Origin: Candidatus Poribacteria bacterium
GTDB lineage: Bacteria > Poribacteria > WGA-4E > WGA-3G
Assembly (NCBI GenBank): GCA_965205025.1
Contig: CBDBFU010000007.1
Location: 64,001-128,000 of the forward strand
DNA length: 64,000 nucleotides
Reading direction: 5' to 3'
Position numbers and translations under genes: made by a program. Of the stretch, positions 30,892-40,656 are shown one piece after another. The notes beneath the pieces are model-generated. The model searched no databases, had not been told where the DNA came from, and was given only the letters and a program-made list of their open reading frames with translations. Positions within the stretch are counted from its first letter, which is position 1, and each line of letters begins with the position of its first letter.

Positions 30892-32268
30892 ATGGAACAG
30901 ATAACAATTGACTTTGATAAAGGCACCCTTATCCTACAAAACGTCCCAGAGGAAATCCAGTCACAGTTACCAGATATCCGTTGGGATGAACGCACTCTTA
31001 CATACCGTGCCCCTGCTTACCGTTATCGTCATATAGTAACGCATCTTCGTGCTCATAACACGCCATATAATGATTCTGCCCGTCAATTCACCGTAAAAAA
31101 CTTCTCAAGTCAGAAATCCTTATCACCCTATCCGTACCAGTCTGAAGCCATTGATGCGTGGCTTGCCAACAACAAACGTGGCGTTATTAGTCTTCCTACA
31201 GGTGCGGGTAAAACCTTCATTGCGATTCTTCTGATTGAAGATACGCAACGACCTACACTTGTCCATGTCCCAACAATAGATCTGATGCATCAATGGTACG
31301 ACGTACTAAAAGAACACTTCGGACAAGAAGTTGGCTTATATGGGGGTGGACATCACGACTTGAGTGATCTCACTGTTACAACATATCAATCTGCAGTAAT
31401 GCATGCCCCACATTACGGTAATCGGTTCGGTTTTGCTATCTACGATGAATGTCATCATCTTCCAGGTGATCAGTATCAATATGCAGCAATTAGCAGTATT
31501 GCGCCTTTTCGTTTAGGTTTATCGGCAACACCTGATCGTGTGGATGGTAAGGAGAATAGGCTGTATGAATTTGTCGGTGAATGTTGTTATGAAGCAAAGG
31601 TACAGGATCTATCTGGAGACACACTTGCCCCTTATCGTGTTGTGACTATGGCTATAGATATGGAAGACACAGAACGGATACAATATCTTGATGCCCGAAA
31701 GACATATTTAGACTTTCTTAGGAAAGCAAATATCAATATGGGAACATCAAGTGGATGGAGGAATTTTCTGTGGAAATCCTCACAATCCGATGAAGGACGT
31801 GTTGCATTCAAAGCGTATCTAACACAAAAACAACTTAGTTTTGCATCAAAAGCAAAACAGGAATGGGTGTGGAAATTGATACAAAGACATCGTGGTGATA
31901 GGATTATTATCTTCACACAGGATAACGATACTGCTTATGACATTGGAACTCAGTTTTTTTTACCTGTTCTAACACATCAGACAAAACAGAAAGAACGAGC
32001 ATCCTTTCTAAATGGATTCCGTGATGGAAGCTATTCTATCTTAGTCACTTCAAAAGCGTTGAATGAAGGGGTTGATGTGCCAGAAGCGAATGTAGCAATT
32101 ATCGTATCTGGAAGTGGGAGCGTTAGAGAACATGTGCAACGTTTAGGACGTATCCTACGGAAAAAAGAAGGAAAACAAGCTATCCTTTACGAACTCATAT
32201 CAAAACAGACCGGTGAACATTTTGTCAATAAACGCCGTCGACAACATAACGCTTATCAACGAAAATAG
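30892..32268 (+). CDS. XPB/Rad25-like SF2 helicase
   Basis: LPTGAGKT, DECHH, LGLSATP, EGVDVP and QRLGRILR motifs; paired with a DUF790 gene. Confidence 0.9.
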   Translation: MEQITIDFDKGTLILQNVPEEIQSQLPDIRWDERTLTYRAPAYRYRHIVTHLRAHNTPYNDSARQFTVKNFSSQKSLSPYPYQSEAIDAWLANNKRGVISLPTGAGKTFIAILLIEDTQRPTLVHVPTIDLMHQWYDVLKEHFGQEVGLYGGGHHDLSDLTVTTYQSAVMHAPHYGNRFGFAIYDECHHLPGDQYQYAAISSIAPFRLGLSATPDRVDGKENRLYEFVGECCYEAKVQDLSGDTLAPYRVVTMAIDMEDTERIQYLDARKTYLDFLRKANINMGTSSGWRNFLWKSSQSDEGRVAFKAYLTQKQLSFASKAKQEWVWKLIQRHRGDRIIIFTQDNDTAYDIGTQFFLPVLTHQTKQKERASFLNGFRDGSYSILVTSKALNEGVDVPEANVAIIVSGSGSVREHVQRLGRILRKKEGKQAILYELISKQTGEHFVNKRRRQHNAYQRK

Positions 32269-32283
32269 ACCTATCAACTAATT

Positions 32284-33528
32284 ATGCTTACTAAAGACCT
32301 TCTACGATATAAAATTCAAAAGGGACAGATTTACCCTCAATTTGTTGATCCCACGAATTCCGAATTGCTGAAGGTTGCAGAACAATTAATCACGGTATTC
32401 GAAGCTGCGACTGACGATAAAAGGTCAACACTTTTGGAGAATAGTAAGACGATAATTGATGGCACATCTGAGTCCCCAATAATATTACGAGGACTCGAAA
32501 AGTTGCTGTTAGATCGTACAGAATTCGATACAGCACCAAATGAAGAACTGATTACCTTTCGTAACAGGCTCTTCACTGAGACAAGCCGTATTCTCTCACA
32601 AGAACAATTTCAAGATTATACAGAATACCACCAAAAAGTTCTTGGATTAATGGGTAACGAATCGGAATTACCAGAAACAGAATTATCTGATTATCTATAC
32701 GCAGATTTACCGAGTTGCCAACAAATTCTGTCATTTAGGAGTATTTCTCCGGAACACCTACTGCATCGGTACAATACTGCACAAGTACAAGGTTTATTGT
32801 TGCATTGTAATTCACTTACACTAAGACTTACCGATTCGATGACTGCTGAACTTCGACAATTGTTTAAGTATCTTCGATTTCACCAACTTTTATCCAGCAT
32901 TCGAAAAGAAAAAACCGATACAGGAGATATATTCCAGATTACTGTGGATGGTCCTTTGAACTTATTCTATAAGACAAAACGGTACGGTATGAATTTGGCA
33001 AACTTCTTTGTCGCTGTGCTACATCAACAGAAGTGGGAACTTACTGCAGAAATTCAGTTTAGAAATAAACGTGCCTCTCAGTTGTCTATTGATGACTCCT
33101 GCGGAATTAAACCGATTTCACAACAGTTCCTTGCATATATACCTGAAGATATTCAGCACTTTCAGCAAATGCTTCAAAACAAGACTGATAAGTGGCAGAT
33201 CCAACCTGGTAGTCAATTCTTCCCTTTACCTGGGGATAACTACTGTTTCCCAGATTATCAGTTAATCCACAGTAGTGGTGTAGAAGTGGCAATTGAGTTA
33301 TTCCACCCATGGCATCAAGGACATCTGCTTACTCGGTTGAATTCACTACCGAATAAGACGGATATACCGCTCATCATTGGAGTATCCAAGGAATTAGAGA
33401 AAAACGCTACGATCACAGATGCATTAGAGACATCAAGCTATTTCTCACACTATGGGTTTATATTCCGCGATGTTCCGACTATGGGTACACTTCTACCTAT
33501 TCTGAATTCAATTGTGTGTGAAGGATAA
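32284..33528 (+). CDS. DUF790 / Bax1-like endonuclease
   Basis: MLTKDLL start, RYNTAQVQGLL, VDGPL..F..T.RYG and PD...E nuclease-like motif. Confidence 0.85.
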   Translation: MLTKDLLRYKIQKGQIYPQFVDPTNSELLKVAEQLITVFEAATDDKRSTLLENSKTIIDGTSESPIILRGLEKLLLDRTEFDTAPNEELITFRNRLFTETSRILSQEQFQDYTEYHQKVLGLMGNESELPETELSDYLYADLPSCQQILSFRSISPEHLLHRYNTAQVQGLLLHCNSLTLRLTDSMTAELRQLFKYLRFHQLLSSIRKEKTDTGDIFQITVDGPLNLFYKTKRYGMNLANFFVAVLHQQKWELTAEIQFRNKRASQLSIDDSCGIKPISQQFLAYIPEDIQHFQQMLQNKTDKWQIQPGSQFFPLPGDNYCFPDYQLIHSSGVEVAIELFHPWHQGHLLTRLNSLPNKTDIPLIIGVSKELEKNATITDALETSSYFSHYGFIFRDVPTMGTLLPILNSIVCEG

Positions 33529-33535
33529 TTCCACA

Positions 33536-34858
33536 TTACTGGTTTGCAGATTTATCTTTCAGGGCTTCCACTACGAGCCCTTCTAACTTCTCACCTCTCG
33601 CTTTATGCGTAATTAATTTGCCATCTCTATCAATAAGCCACTGTGATGGAACACCCGTAATTTTAAACTGCTGTGCGAGTGGATCCTCCTCCCACCTTTT
33701 GCCGCTGTAAATCTGCCGCCATTGGATGTCATTCTCTTTGAGGTAGTCCCGCAAAGCCGTTTCTTCATCATCAAGACTGACCCCGATGATATCAAATCCC
33801 TGATCCTTATAGGTAGCGTAGACTTTTTTGAGATTCGGCATTTCGTCAATGCAGAAGCCACACCAGACGCCCCAAAAATCGAGCAAGACGACTTTCCCCC
33901 GATAGTCCTGAAGCGAAATCGGTTTGCCATCAAGGTCGGTTGCGGAAAAGTCTGTCACAGGTTTTCCCCACAATTCATATTTGGGATCAGCCTTCCGATA
34001 GTAGACTTCGGCAAGTTCAGGATTGCCCAATTTCTCATAAATGTCGGCAATTCTCACGAGGATAACCCCCTCGTCGGGCTGCCGCTGCTCAGCTGCCTTA
34101 AAAATCTCAAGCAGCTCCTCATAGAGCCCCGCCCTCTTAAGTTTCATGTGCACTGAGCGGTACCCCTTATTGTCTGGTATCATGCCTGACTTGAAGCGTT
34201 CAATCAGGACATCTGCGGATTTTTCGTTTCCGACTTTGGTGTAAAGTCTAACAAGTTGTGGGTAGAGATCAAAGAAACGTCGATCATCCGGATATTGCGC
34301 AAGCGAATTTTCAAAGGCAGCAATAGCGGCTTCATGGCTACCGTACATATCTTCCGGCGTGGAGATCCAACTAAAACCTGACTTGTAAATTTTCAAGGAA
34401 AAACTCAAGTTCAGACCTTCTTTAGAGTCTTTATCCCAGTCGATGTGATGCAGACATCGGACAAGCGGTATGTTATCGCTATACACTTTGCGTTGTTCAG
34501 TTTTCTTCTCTCGGTTTTTAGGAAGAAACTCATACCCATAACTCACAGGCATTTTCGGGTCTGCGTTCCAATAAGAGATTGGCTTGCCACCCTCTTTATC
34601 CGCAGGACAAAGCAAGAAGTTTGCATCTGTCAAATATTTAGGGTGAAGTTCTGAAAGGCACTTTGGGAAATCACCGTGTTCCTTCTTGTATGCCTGAATT
34701 TCCTTGCCAATTTCGAGAAAATGCTGCCTGCAGATTTCAATGTTTTTCTGGCTTTGTGCCTCGGTGAGATCTTCACTCGGTTTTTCCGTAGGTGTATCTG
34801 TGTTTGCTGAAGTTATTAGTAAACTCAGCGCGATTGCCACGCTCAAGATTGTTTTCAT
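33536..34858 (-). CDS. Secreted pilin-like + TPR + TlpA/redoxin protein
   Basis: Signal peptide; C-terminal DFSATDLDGK..SL..YRGKVVLLDFWGVWCGFC; paralog of the C-terminal half of 35464-37797. Confidence 0.88.
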   Translation of the reverse strand: MKTILSVAIALSLLITSANTDTPTEKPSEDLTEAQSQKNIEICRQHFLEIGKEIQAYKKEHGDFPKCLSELHPKYLTDANFLLCPADKEGGKPISYWNADPKMPVSYGYEFLPKNREKKTEQRKVYSDNIPLVRCLHHIDWDKDSKEGLNLSFSLKIYKSGFSWISTPEDMYGSHEAAIAAFENSLAQYPDDRRFFDLYPQLVRLYTKVGNEKSADVLIERFKSGMIPDNKGYRSVHMKLKRAGLYEELLEIFKAAEQRQPDEGVILVRIADIYEKLGNPELAEVYYRKADPKYELWGKPVTDFSATDLDGKPISLQDYRGKVVLLDFWGVWCGFCIDEMPNLKKVYATYKDQGFDIIGVSLDDEETALRDYLKENDIQWRQIYSGKRWEEDPLAQQFKITGVPSQWLIDRDGKLITHKARGEKLEGLVVEALKDKSANQ

Positions 34859-34926
34859 TTTAGTATTCTCCTTTTTAGGTTTCTTACGAGATAATATTGA
34901 ACATTTTCCGCATCTGCGGAAAATGA

Positions 34927-35439
34927 CTATTCATGCTTCTCCAAAAATAGTTTCTGAAATTTAGAAACGACACCGCCTGCAAGGTTTCTTAAATCGTTCT
35001 TAGGGAATAGGTACAAACCTGCTTGAGAATGTTCAATCAGATTTACTGTGAGGTTGTTAACGCGTTCCCAATTTGACACAGCAACATCCGGTTTGAGAAT
35101 ACTGTTATCAAAGTAGTCAATATACTGAACACAGGCAGCAATATTACCGGTTCTTTGCTTATCTTCTCCAGCTCGTGCTTCGATAAGCACAATGGATACC
35201 ACATAAGATACACTTTTTTCTATCTCCAAAACAGCATTTATATTTTCAGTTTTACTAAATGCTTCAAGCAAATGTTTCTCTACTAAAGGTTTAAGGTCGG
35301 CGTCCCCTGCGATATCCAGAAGGATTTTGATGTTCCCGGACTGTTCTGAAAATCTTTGGACAGGTATGCCTTCTAATGAGATTGCTATGAAATTTAGTAT
35401 TACACTAACCACAAGAAAAAGTATCAAAAACCGTTTCAT
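34927..35439 (-). CDS. Hypothetical exported protein
   Basis: AAGGAG RBS, MKRFLILFLVVSV signal/anchor; lies inside the operon. Confidence 0.7.
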   Translation of the reverse strand: MKRFLILFLVVSVILNFIAISLEGIPVQRFSEQSGNIKILLDIAGDADLKPLVEKHLLEAFSKTENINAVLEIEKSVSYVVSIVLIEARAGEDKQRTGNIAACVQYIDYFDNSILKPDVAVSNWERVNNLTVNLIEHSQAGLYLFPKNDLRNLAGGVVSKFQKLFLEKHE

Positions 35440-35463
35440 TTTGTTCTCCTTTGCCAATTTCGA

Positions 35464-37797
35464 CTATTCATTCTCGGTCTTATCCTTGAGTGCTTCTACT
35501 ACAAGTTGTTTTAACTTTAACCCTCTGGCTTTGCTTGAAATTAATGTGCCGTCTCTGGCGATGAGACACGGGGCAGGGATGGAGCGAATATGATACTGTT
35601 GGACAAGAGGACTTTTCCATTTTTGTCCGCTGAAAATTTGCCGCCACTGGATATCATTCTCCTTGAGGTAGTTGCGCAGTCTCGTTTCATCGGTGTCAAG
35701 GTTAACCCCGATGATGTCAAATCCCTGATCTTTATAGGTATCATAAACCCTTTTCACATTCGGCATTTCCGCGAGGCAAGGACCGCACCAAACAGCCCAG
35801 AAATCGAGTAGGACGACTTTCCCTCGATATTGCTGGAGCGAAATCGGTTTCCCATCAAGGTCAGTTGCAGAAAAGTCGGGCACAACCATTCCAACCAGTT
35901 CTGACATAGGATTTACCTTTTTCCGATATTCTTCAGCAAGTTCGGAATTGCCGAGTTCTTCATGAATTCGGGCGAGTTCATCAAGAACATAGTAGTTGTC
36001 CGGGTACCTTTCTTCCAGTTTCTCGAAAACCTCAAGTACTTCTTCATCCCGATTTGCCATCCCAAGCATCGTGCGGAGAAGAAAATGTGCCTGAAGGTCG
36101 TCGGGTTTTATAGCAGATTTGAAACGATTAATAAGTCTGTTGGCATCTTCCAGCCGTCCAACTTCAATATAGAGACGTACGAGCGAAGAGTAGAGATGAA
36201 AGGCAAGATGATTGTCCAGTTGTCGCTGAAGTCCCGCTTCTAAGGCGGTGATGGTTTCTTCGAGGGTTCCATACATATCTTCCGGTGTTTGTTCCCATAC
36301 ATTGGATGACTTGTAAACCTTGAACGAGAAACTCAGGTTTAAGCACTCAAACGGTTGATTGATATGATGCCGACAACGCGCAAGTGGTATAACATCGCCA
36401 TATAGAGCGAGGTTTCCCCGCGTTCTTTCTCGATATCCAGTGTGAAACTGGTAGCCATAACTTACAGGCATCTTCGGATCTGCGTTGATAAGAAAGATTG
36501 GCTTGCCACCTTTGGTATCCGCCGGACAAAGTAGTCTGTTTGCATCTGGCAAGTATTTCGGGTGGAGATCTGAGAGCCACTGAGGAAAATCGTTGTGTTC
36601 TTTCTGGTAGGTTTGAATCGCCTTACCAATCGCAAGCAAATTATGGGTGCAGATTTCAATATATTTCTGCTCCTGCTTTAAATTTGCGTCTTGTCCATGC
36701 GCGTTGGGTTTTGGTGACAACTCCTCTGGCGTTGGTTGGGATTTGAATGTTTCCTCTGGGTTAATCGCTTGTGCCAGACGCATTGCGCCCATTGGGACCG
36801 CAAAACAGATGAAGATGAGCAACCCGATTCCGGCAGCAACCTTTGTCATCGGATGCCGATTCAGGTTTTCAGCGAGGACGGTTCGGAGTCTTCTTTCAAT
36901 CTTTGAGGAGAGCGCTATCGCGACAGCTGTACGCGAAGTCGCCTTTGCTATTTTCACGTTGCGTGTCATATCAAGCAGAAGTTGCGCGTACTCGGTTGAT
37001 TGATATCCGGCGTTTAGTACTTGGTCGTCGCAGGCTTGCTCTGCTTCTATCCGCATCCAACGCACTGCGAACCACACAAGTGGGTTAAACCAGTAGACTG
37101 CACACGTTACCTGTGCAATTGTTTGCATCCCCCAATCCCATCGTTTGATGTGTGCCAATTCGTGGAGTAGCACAGCACGGAGCCGCTCGGTTTGCCATTG
37201 ATCCGCATCAACTGGCAGCAAGATTACAGGACGTAAGAAGCCCCAAACCATTGGTACTGTAATCCTATTGCTGAGACGGACATTTACCGGTTGATTCCAA
37301 TTGGATCGGCACAGCTCAGCAGCGCGGCTAAAATTGTTACCACAAGCAGAGATATGCCAGACAGCACCGATTCCGACAATCAAACGGATAAGAAGAAACA
37401 GACCGACACCTGCCCAGACTATCACCATCCAGTCTGTCCAATGCAGTGCGGTGAGAAGGTTGCTCTGACCTGTCACAGAGTTAGGTTGGGGCTGTGTTGA
37501 TGTGATTGGTATTGAGGATACTGGCTTTGGTGATAATTGGCTCTGAGCAATTGGAACTGGTGTTTCCAACGGTAGAATACCGAGTTCCCACTTCGGTAGC
37601 ACGAAAGAGAACAGTGGGACGATGAGGCATCCGACAATTGCCATGCTCCAAACGAAACCGCGGACCGCCGCCGATTTGCGACGGAGGCAAAATGCGAATA
37701 AACCTGCAACGACGAAAATAACGAAACCTTTCATCGTGGTGTCCACGAGAAATTTTAGCAATGGGTCTGCATAGAGCATCTCAATGAATCGTATCAT
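35464..37797 (-). CDS. M56 (BlaR1/MecR1) metallopeptidase fused to pilin-like, TPR and TlpA redoxin domains
   Basis: TM helices, LLHELAHIKRWD, WFNPLVW and EQACD motifs; C-terminal DFWAVWCGPC. Confidence 0.92.
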   Translation of the reverse strand: MIRFIEMLYADPLLKFLVDTTMKGFVIFVVAGLFAFCLRRKSAAVRGFVWSMAIVGCLIVPLFSFVLPKWELGILPLETPVPIAQSQLSPKPVSSIPITSTQPQPNSVTGQSNLLTALHWTDWMVIVWAGVGLFLLIRLIVGIGAVWHISACGNNFSRAAELCRSNWNQPVNVRLSNRITVPMVWGFLRPVILLPVDADQWQTERLRAVLLHELAHIKRWDWGMQTIAQVTCAVYWFNPLVWFAVRWMRIEAEQACDDQVLNAGYQSTEYAQLLLDMTRNVKIAKATSRTAVAIALSSKIERRLRTVLAENLNRHPMTKVAAGIGLLIFICFAVPMGAMRLAQAINPEETFKSQPTPEELSPKPNAHGQDANLKQEQKYIEICTHNLLAIGKAIQTYQKEHNDFPQWLSDLHPKYLPDANRLLCPADTKGGKPIFLINADPKMPVSYGYQFHTGYRERTRGNLALYGDVIPLARCRHHINQPFECLNLSFSFKVYKSSNVWEQTPEDMYGTLEETITALEAGLQRQLDNHLAFHLYSSLVRLYIEVGRLEDANRLINRFKSAIKPDDLQAHFLLRTMLGMANRDEEVLEVFEKLEERYPDNYYVLDELARIHEELGNSELAEEYRKKVNPMSELVGMVVPDFSATDLDGKPISLQQYRGKVVLLDFWAVWCGPCLAEMPNVKRVYDTYKDQGFDIIGVNLDTDETRLRNYLKENDIQWRQIFSGQKWKSPLVQQYHIRSIPAPCLIARDGTLISSKARGLKLKQLVVEALKDKTENE

Positions 37798-38183
37798 GAC
37801 GAGGTGTCTCCTTTTTTCGCTTGCTCAATGAGTTGGCTTAAACGGTCAAGTTCCTCATCCGAAAGGTCAACCTCAGAAACCAGCGCGATGACAGTTTTCT
37901 CAATGGATTTATCAAAGAATGTCTGGAAAATCTGTTTGAGCGCGGAACGTCCTGCAAGATGGCGTGGTTGCGTTGGACAATAGATATAACGTTTGCCATC
38001 TTTTTCGTGGGTGAGGTACCCCTTCTCTTCCAAGATTCCCAACAGTGCCCGAACTGTAGAGTAAGTTGGTGGATCGGGGAGATCTTTGAGTACATCGGCA
38101 ACGGAAACGCGACCGCGTTGGTAGACAATATCCATGATTTGCCGTTCCCGTCGACTTAGTTTGACTGTCCCATAGTCTTCCAT
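37794..38183 (-). CDS. BlaI/MecI/CopY family repressor
   Basis: LSRRERQIMDIVY, TYSTVRALL.ILEEKG and GKRYIY motifs; 4-bp overlap with the M56 gene. Confidence 0.93.
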   Translation of the reverse strand: MEDYGTVKLSRRERQIMDIVYQRGRVSVADVLKDLPDPPTYSTVRALLGILEEKGYLTHEKDGKRYIYCPTQPRHLAGRSALKQIFQTFFDKSIEKTVIALVSEVDLSDEELDRLSQLIEQAKKGDTSS

Positions 38184-38197
38184 TTTTTTTTCACCTC

Positions 38198-38269
38198 TTC
38201 TGGTAATATGCTAAAATTTTAGCATATTACCAGAAACTATGTCAAGGAAAAATGCTAAAAATTTAGCAT
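38198..38269 (-). promoter_or_regulatory. Promoter of the blaI-like operon with two palindromic operators
   Basis: Perfect 38-bp palindrome TTCTGGTAATATGCTAAAA|TTTTAGCATATTACCAGAA (38198-38235) and ATGCTAAAAATTTAGCAT (38252-38269). Minus-strand TTGACA at 38245-38240 and TGcTAAAAT inside the first palindrome. Confidence 0.85.
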
Positions 38270-38329
38270 AAATAAATGGGACAACCGATTGACACATTTG
38301 CAAGTACCACAATGAAGTTTTCTGTTGAT

Positions 38330-38387
38330 AACGTGAGTTTGATAAAAGAGACGGGTTTTTATAGGTGTTTATTTTCAAACTCACGTT
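38330..38387. repeat. Short inverted-repeat element (AACGTGAGTTTGA family)
   Basis: AACGTGAGTTTGA ... TCAAACTCACGTT. Confidence 0.75.
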
Positions 38388-38529
38388 TTATAAGAGACAA
38401 CCCACATACCCAAAGTGGAAACTTACCGATAGTGAAACAAACAAACTACGTATCACTGCTTCTTGATAGAATCTTTGCGCTTTGTTGAGTGTTAGTTGTA
38501 GTACTTGTTGCAGCCACATCTGCGTAGCG

Positions 38530-38880
38530 TCAGATGCGACTTGAAAGTGCTGCGATTGCTGCATCCTCATTTTTATAGTGTTCAAAGATATTGATAAGTC
38601 GTGTTTGAACGACCACGTTTCTGATGTGTTTGCCGACATTTATGATACCGATGCGTCCTCCTTTTTTGGTACGTGCTATGTTGTATGCGGTAATGAACAC
38701 ACTCAGTCCTGCGCTATCCATTTTATGTACGCGTTCAAAGTCAATCAGGACGCGTGGTGTATACGTTGTGTCAATGTGTTTAACCATTGTTTTCCGTAAT
38801 TCCGGTATAGCGGTGCTGATGATTTTCCCTGTTGGTTTTAAAATCGCAACACCTTGTTTGTAGCGAATTGTTGTTGTCAT
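38530..38880 (-). CDS. STAS-domain anti-sigma factor antagonist
   Basis: LIDFERVHKMDSAGL with the phosphorylatable Ser; AAGGAG RBS. Confidence 0.9.
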   Translation of the reverse strand: MTTTIRYKQGVAILKPTGKIISTAIPELRKTMVKHIDTTYTPRVLIDFERVHKMDSAGLSVFITAYNIARTKKGGRIGIINVGKHIRNVVVQTRLINIFEHYKNEDAAIAALSSRI

Positions 38881-39125
38881 GAGTTCACTCCTTGTGATGC
38901 GTATCAGATGTGTTATGTTATAAATATACATCTTCCCTGAAATTCTTTAGCTTTTTTATGATTTTTTATAAAAAGTGTCGTGAGTAAAAGTTGTTCCTTA
39001 TTGCTTGAGCGTTTCTAACGTAAGACCATTTCAAAATATTGACAAAGTTTATACTTTATAAATTCCTATATTGACTCAATGCATAGAATCAGGTATAGTA
39101 TTGTAAGAGAAATGGTGATTAATCT

Positions 39126-39647
39126 ATGAAAACACTTATATTATTCTGTACATTCTGTATATTAATTGGATGTGGACTGAATACTATTCCATATTCCGAC
39201 GAGATGATTACTCAGGAACCTAATGAGGCTGCACAATCACATTATAAATGGGGTCTTATTTACGCCAAGAATGGTGACCATGTACAAGCTATTTCTGAGT
39301 TCAAATTGGCAATTCAGAATGAGCCGGGATGGGCACTGCCATACTATAATCTGGGTGCAGTGTATGGGAATATGGATGAACTCTATGAGGCAATCCTTGC
39401 CTGGGAACGTGCAACACAGTTAGATCCGAATTTTGCAAAGGCTTATTATAACCTTGCCATCAGTTATTCCATTCAAGCAGAGGAAACAAATGGAAAGGAT
39501 TTAGAAAAGGCAATTATTTCTCTCCATGAATCTATTCGGTTAGATAAGGCATTCCTGACTTCTGCTAAAATAGAACCTGCATTTGATAGAATTCGCAACC
39601 TACCTGAATACAAAGAATTAATAGACGCTACCGAACCGATACAGTAG
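39126..39647 (+). CDS. TPR lipoprotein
   Basis: Lipobox LIGC; three TPR repeats (YYNLG/YYNLA). Confidence 0.85.
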   Translation: MKTLILFCTFCILIGCGLNTIPYSDEMITQEPNEAAQSHYKWGLIYAKNGDHVQAISEFKLAIQNEPGWALPYYNLGAVYGNMDELYEAILAWERATQLDPNFAKAYYNLAISYSIQAEETNGKDLEKAIISLHESIRLDKAFLTSAKIEPAFDRIRNLPEYKELIDATEPIQ

Positions 39648-39660
39648 AATCCATTATTAT

Positions 39661-40593
39661 ATGGCACAGTATACCACTCTTTCATCAACTGAACTTGCCG
39701 AAATAGTTTCCCATTATGCAATTGGCACACCAACAAAACTGGAAGAGATGTCCGGAGGGTATGGAAATAGCAACTTTAAACTGACTACTTCAAAGGGTGT
39801 TTTTCTACTGAAAATATGTGATGAAAAGACTACAGATGAACTTCAGTTGCAAATCTCACTATTAACACACCTTCAAGAACATAATTACCCTACTCCATAT
39901 CCGATTCCACAGATAAATGGAGAATTTCTCCATTTATCGCAAGATTTCCGTGTGATAATTTACCCTTTTATGAATGGAGCAACTCCACAACCATCACAGT
40001 GTGTGGTGAAGCAAATCGGAGAAGCATTAGCAAAACTACATCGGATATCACCGCTTATGGATCTTCCACATTTCCCAATGGGAATATCGCAAATAGTTCC
40101 ATTTATTAAGGAGGTAGAAGAGACAGAATATAATACACACCCATTTGTATTATGGTTAAAATCAGAACTCGAATGGATGATACCTGAATTGGAAAAACCA
40201 TTACCTTCGGGTCTATTACATGGAGATCTGTTCTTAGATAATACACTTTTTGATGGTGAAAAGATGGTCACAATTATTGATTTTGAAGAGGGATGTCACG
40301 ATACATTGTTAATTGATATCGCCATGACAATTATAGGGTGTTGCTACACTGAAGAACATTTATTGGAAGAAGAACTTGTGCATAGTTTCTTGGAGGCATA
40401 TATTGCAACTCGTCCGATTTCTGATGATGAATATAGAGGTTTAGATTCCTATGTGCACTATGCTGCGCTTACAATTGCTTTCTGGCGATTTAGACAATTT
40501 AACATACGAAGACCTGATATGAGTAGTGCTGATAAGTATCAAGAAATGATTCTTCGCAGTTCTAATTGGCAGATTTTGAATACATATAATTAA
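39661..40593 (+). CDS. thrB: Homoserine kinase type II (APH-like)
   Basis: MAQYT start, GYGNSNF, HGDLFLDN and IIDF motifs. Confidence 0.82.
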   Translation: MAQYTTLSSTELAEIVSHYAIGTPTKLEEMSGGYGNSNFKLTTSKGVFLLKICDEKTTDELQLQISLLTHLQEHNYPTPYPIPQINGEFLHLSQDFRVIIYPFMNGATPQPSQCVVKQIGEALAKLHRISPLMDLPHFPMGISQIVPFIKEVEETEYNTHPFVLWLKSELEWMIPELEKPLPSGLLHGDLFLDNTLFDGEKMVTIIDFEEGCHDTLLIDIAMTIIGCCYTEEHLLEEELVHSFLEAYIATRPISDDEYRGLDSYVHYAALTIAFWRFRQFNIRRPDMSSADKYQEMILRSSNWQILNTYN

Positions 40594-40656
40594 TCCTGAG
40601 AATACTATTTGTGATTACATTACCATCTTGTTAAATGGATTTTAGGACAAAAGATA

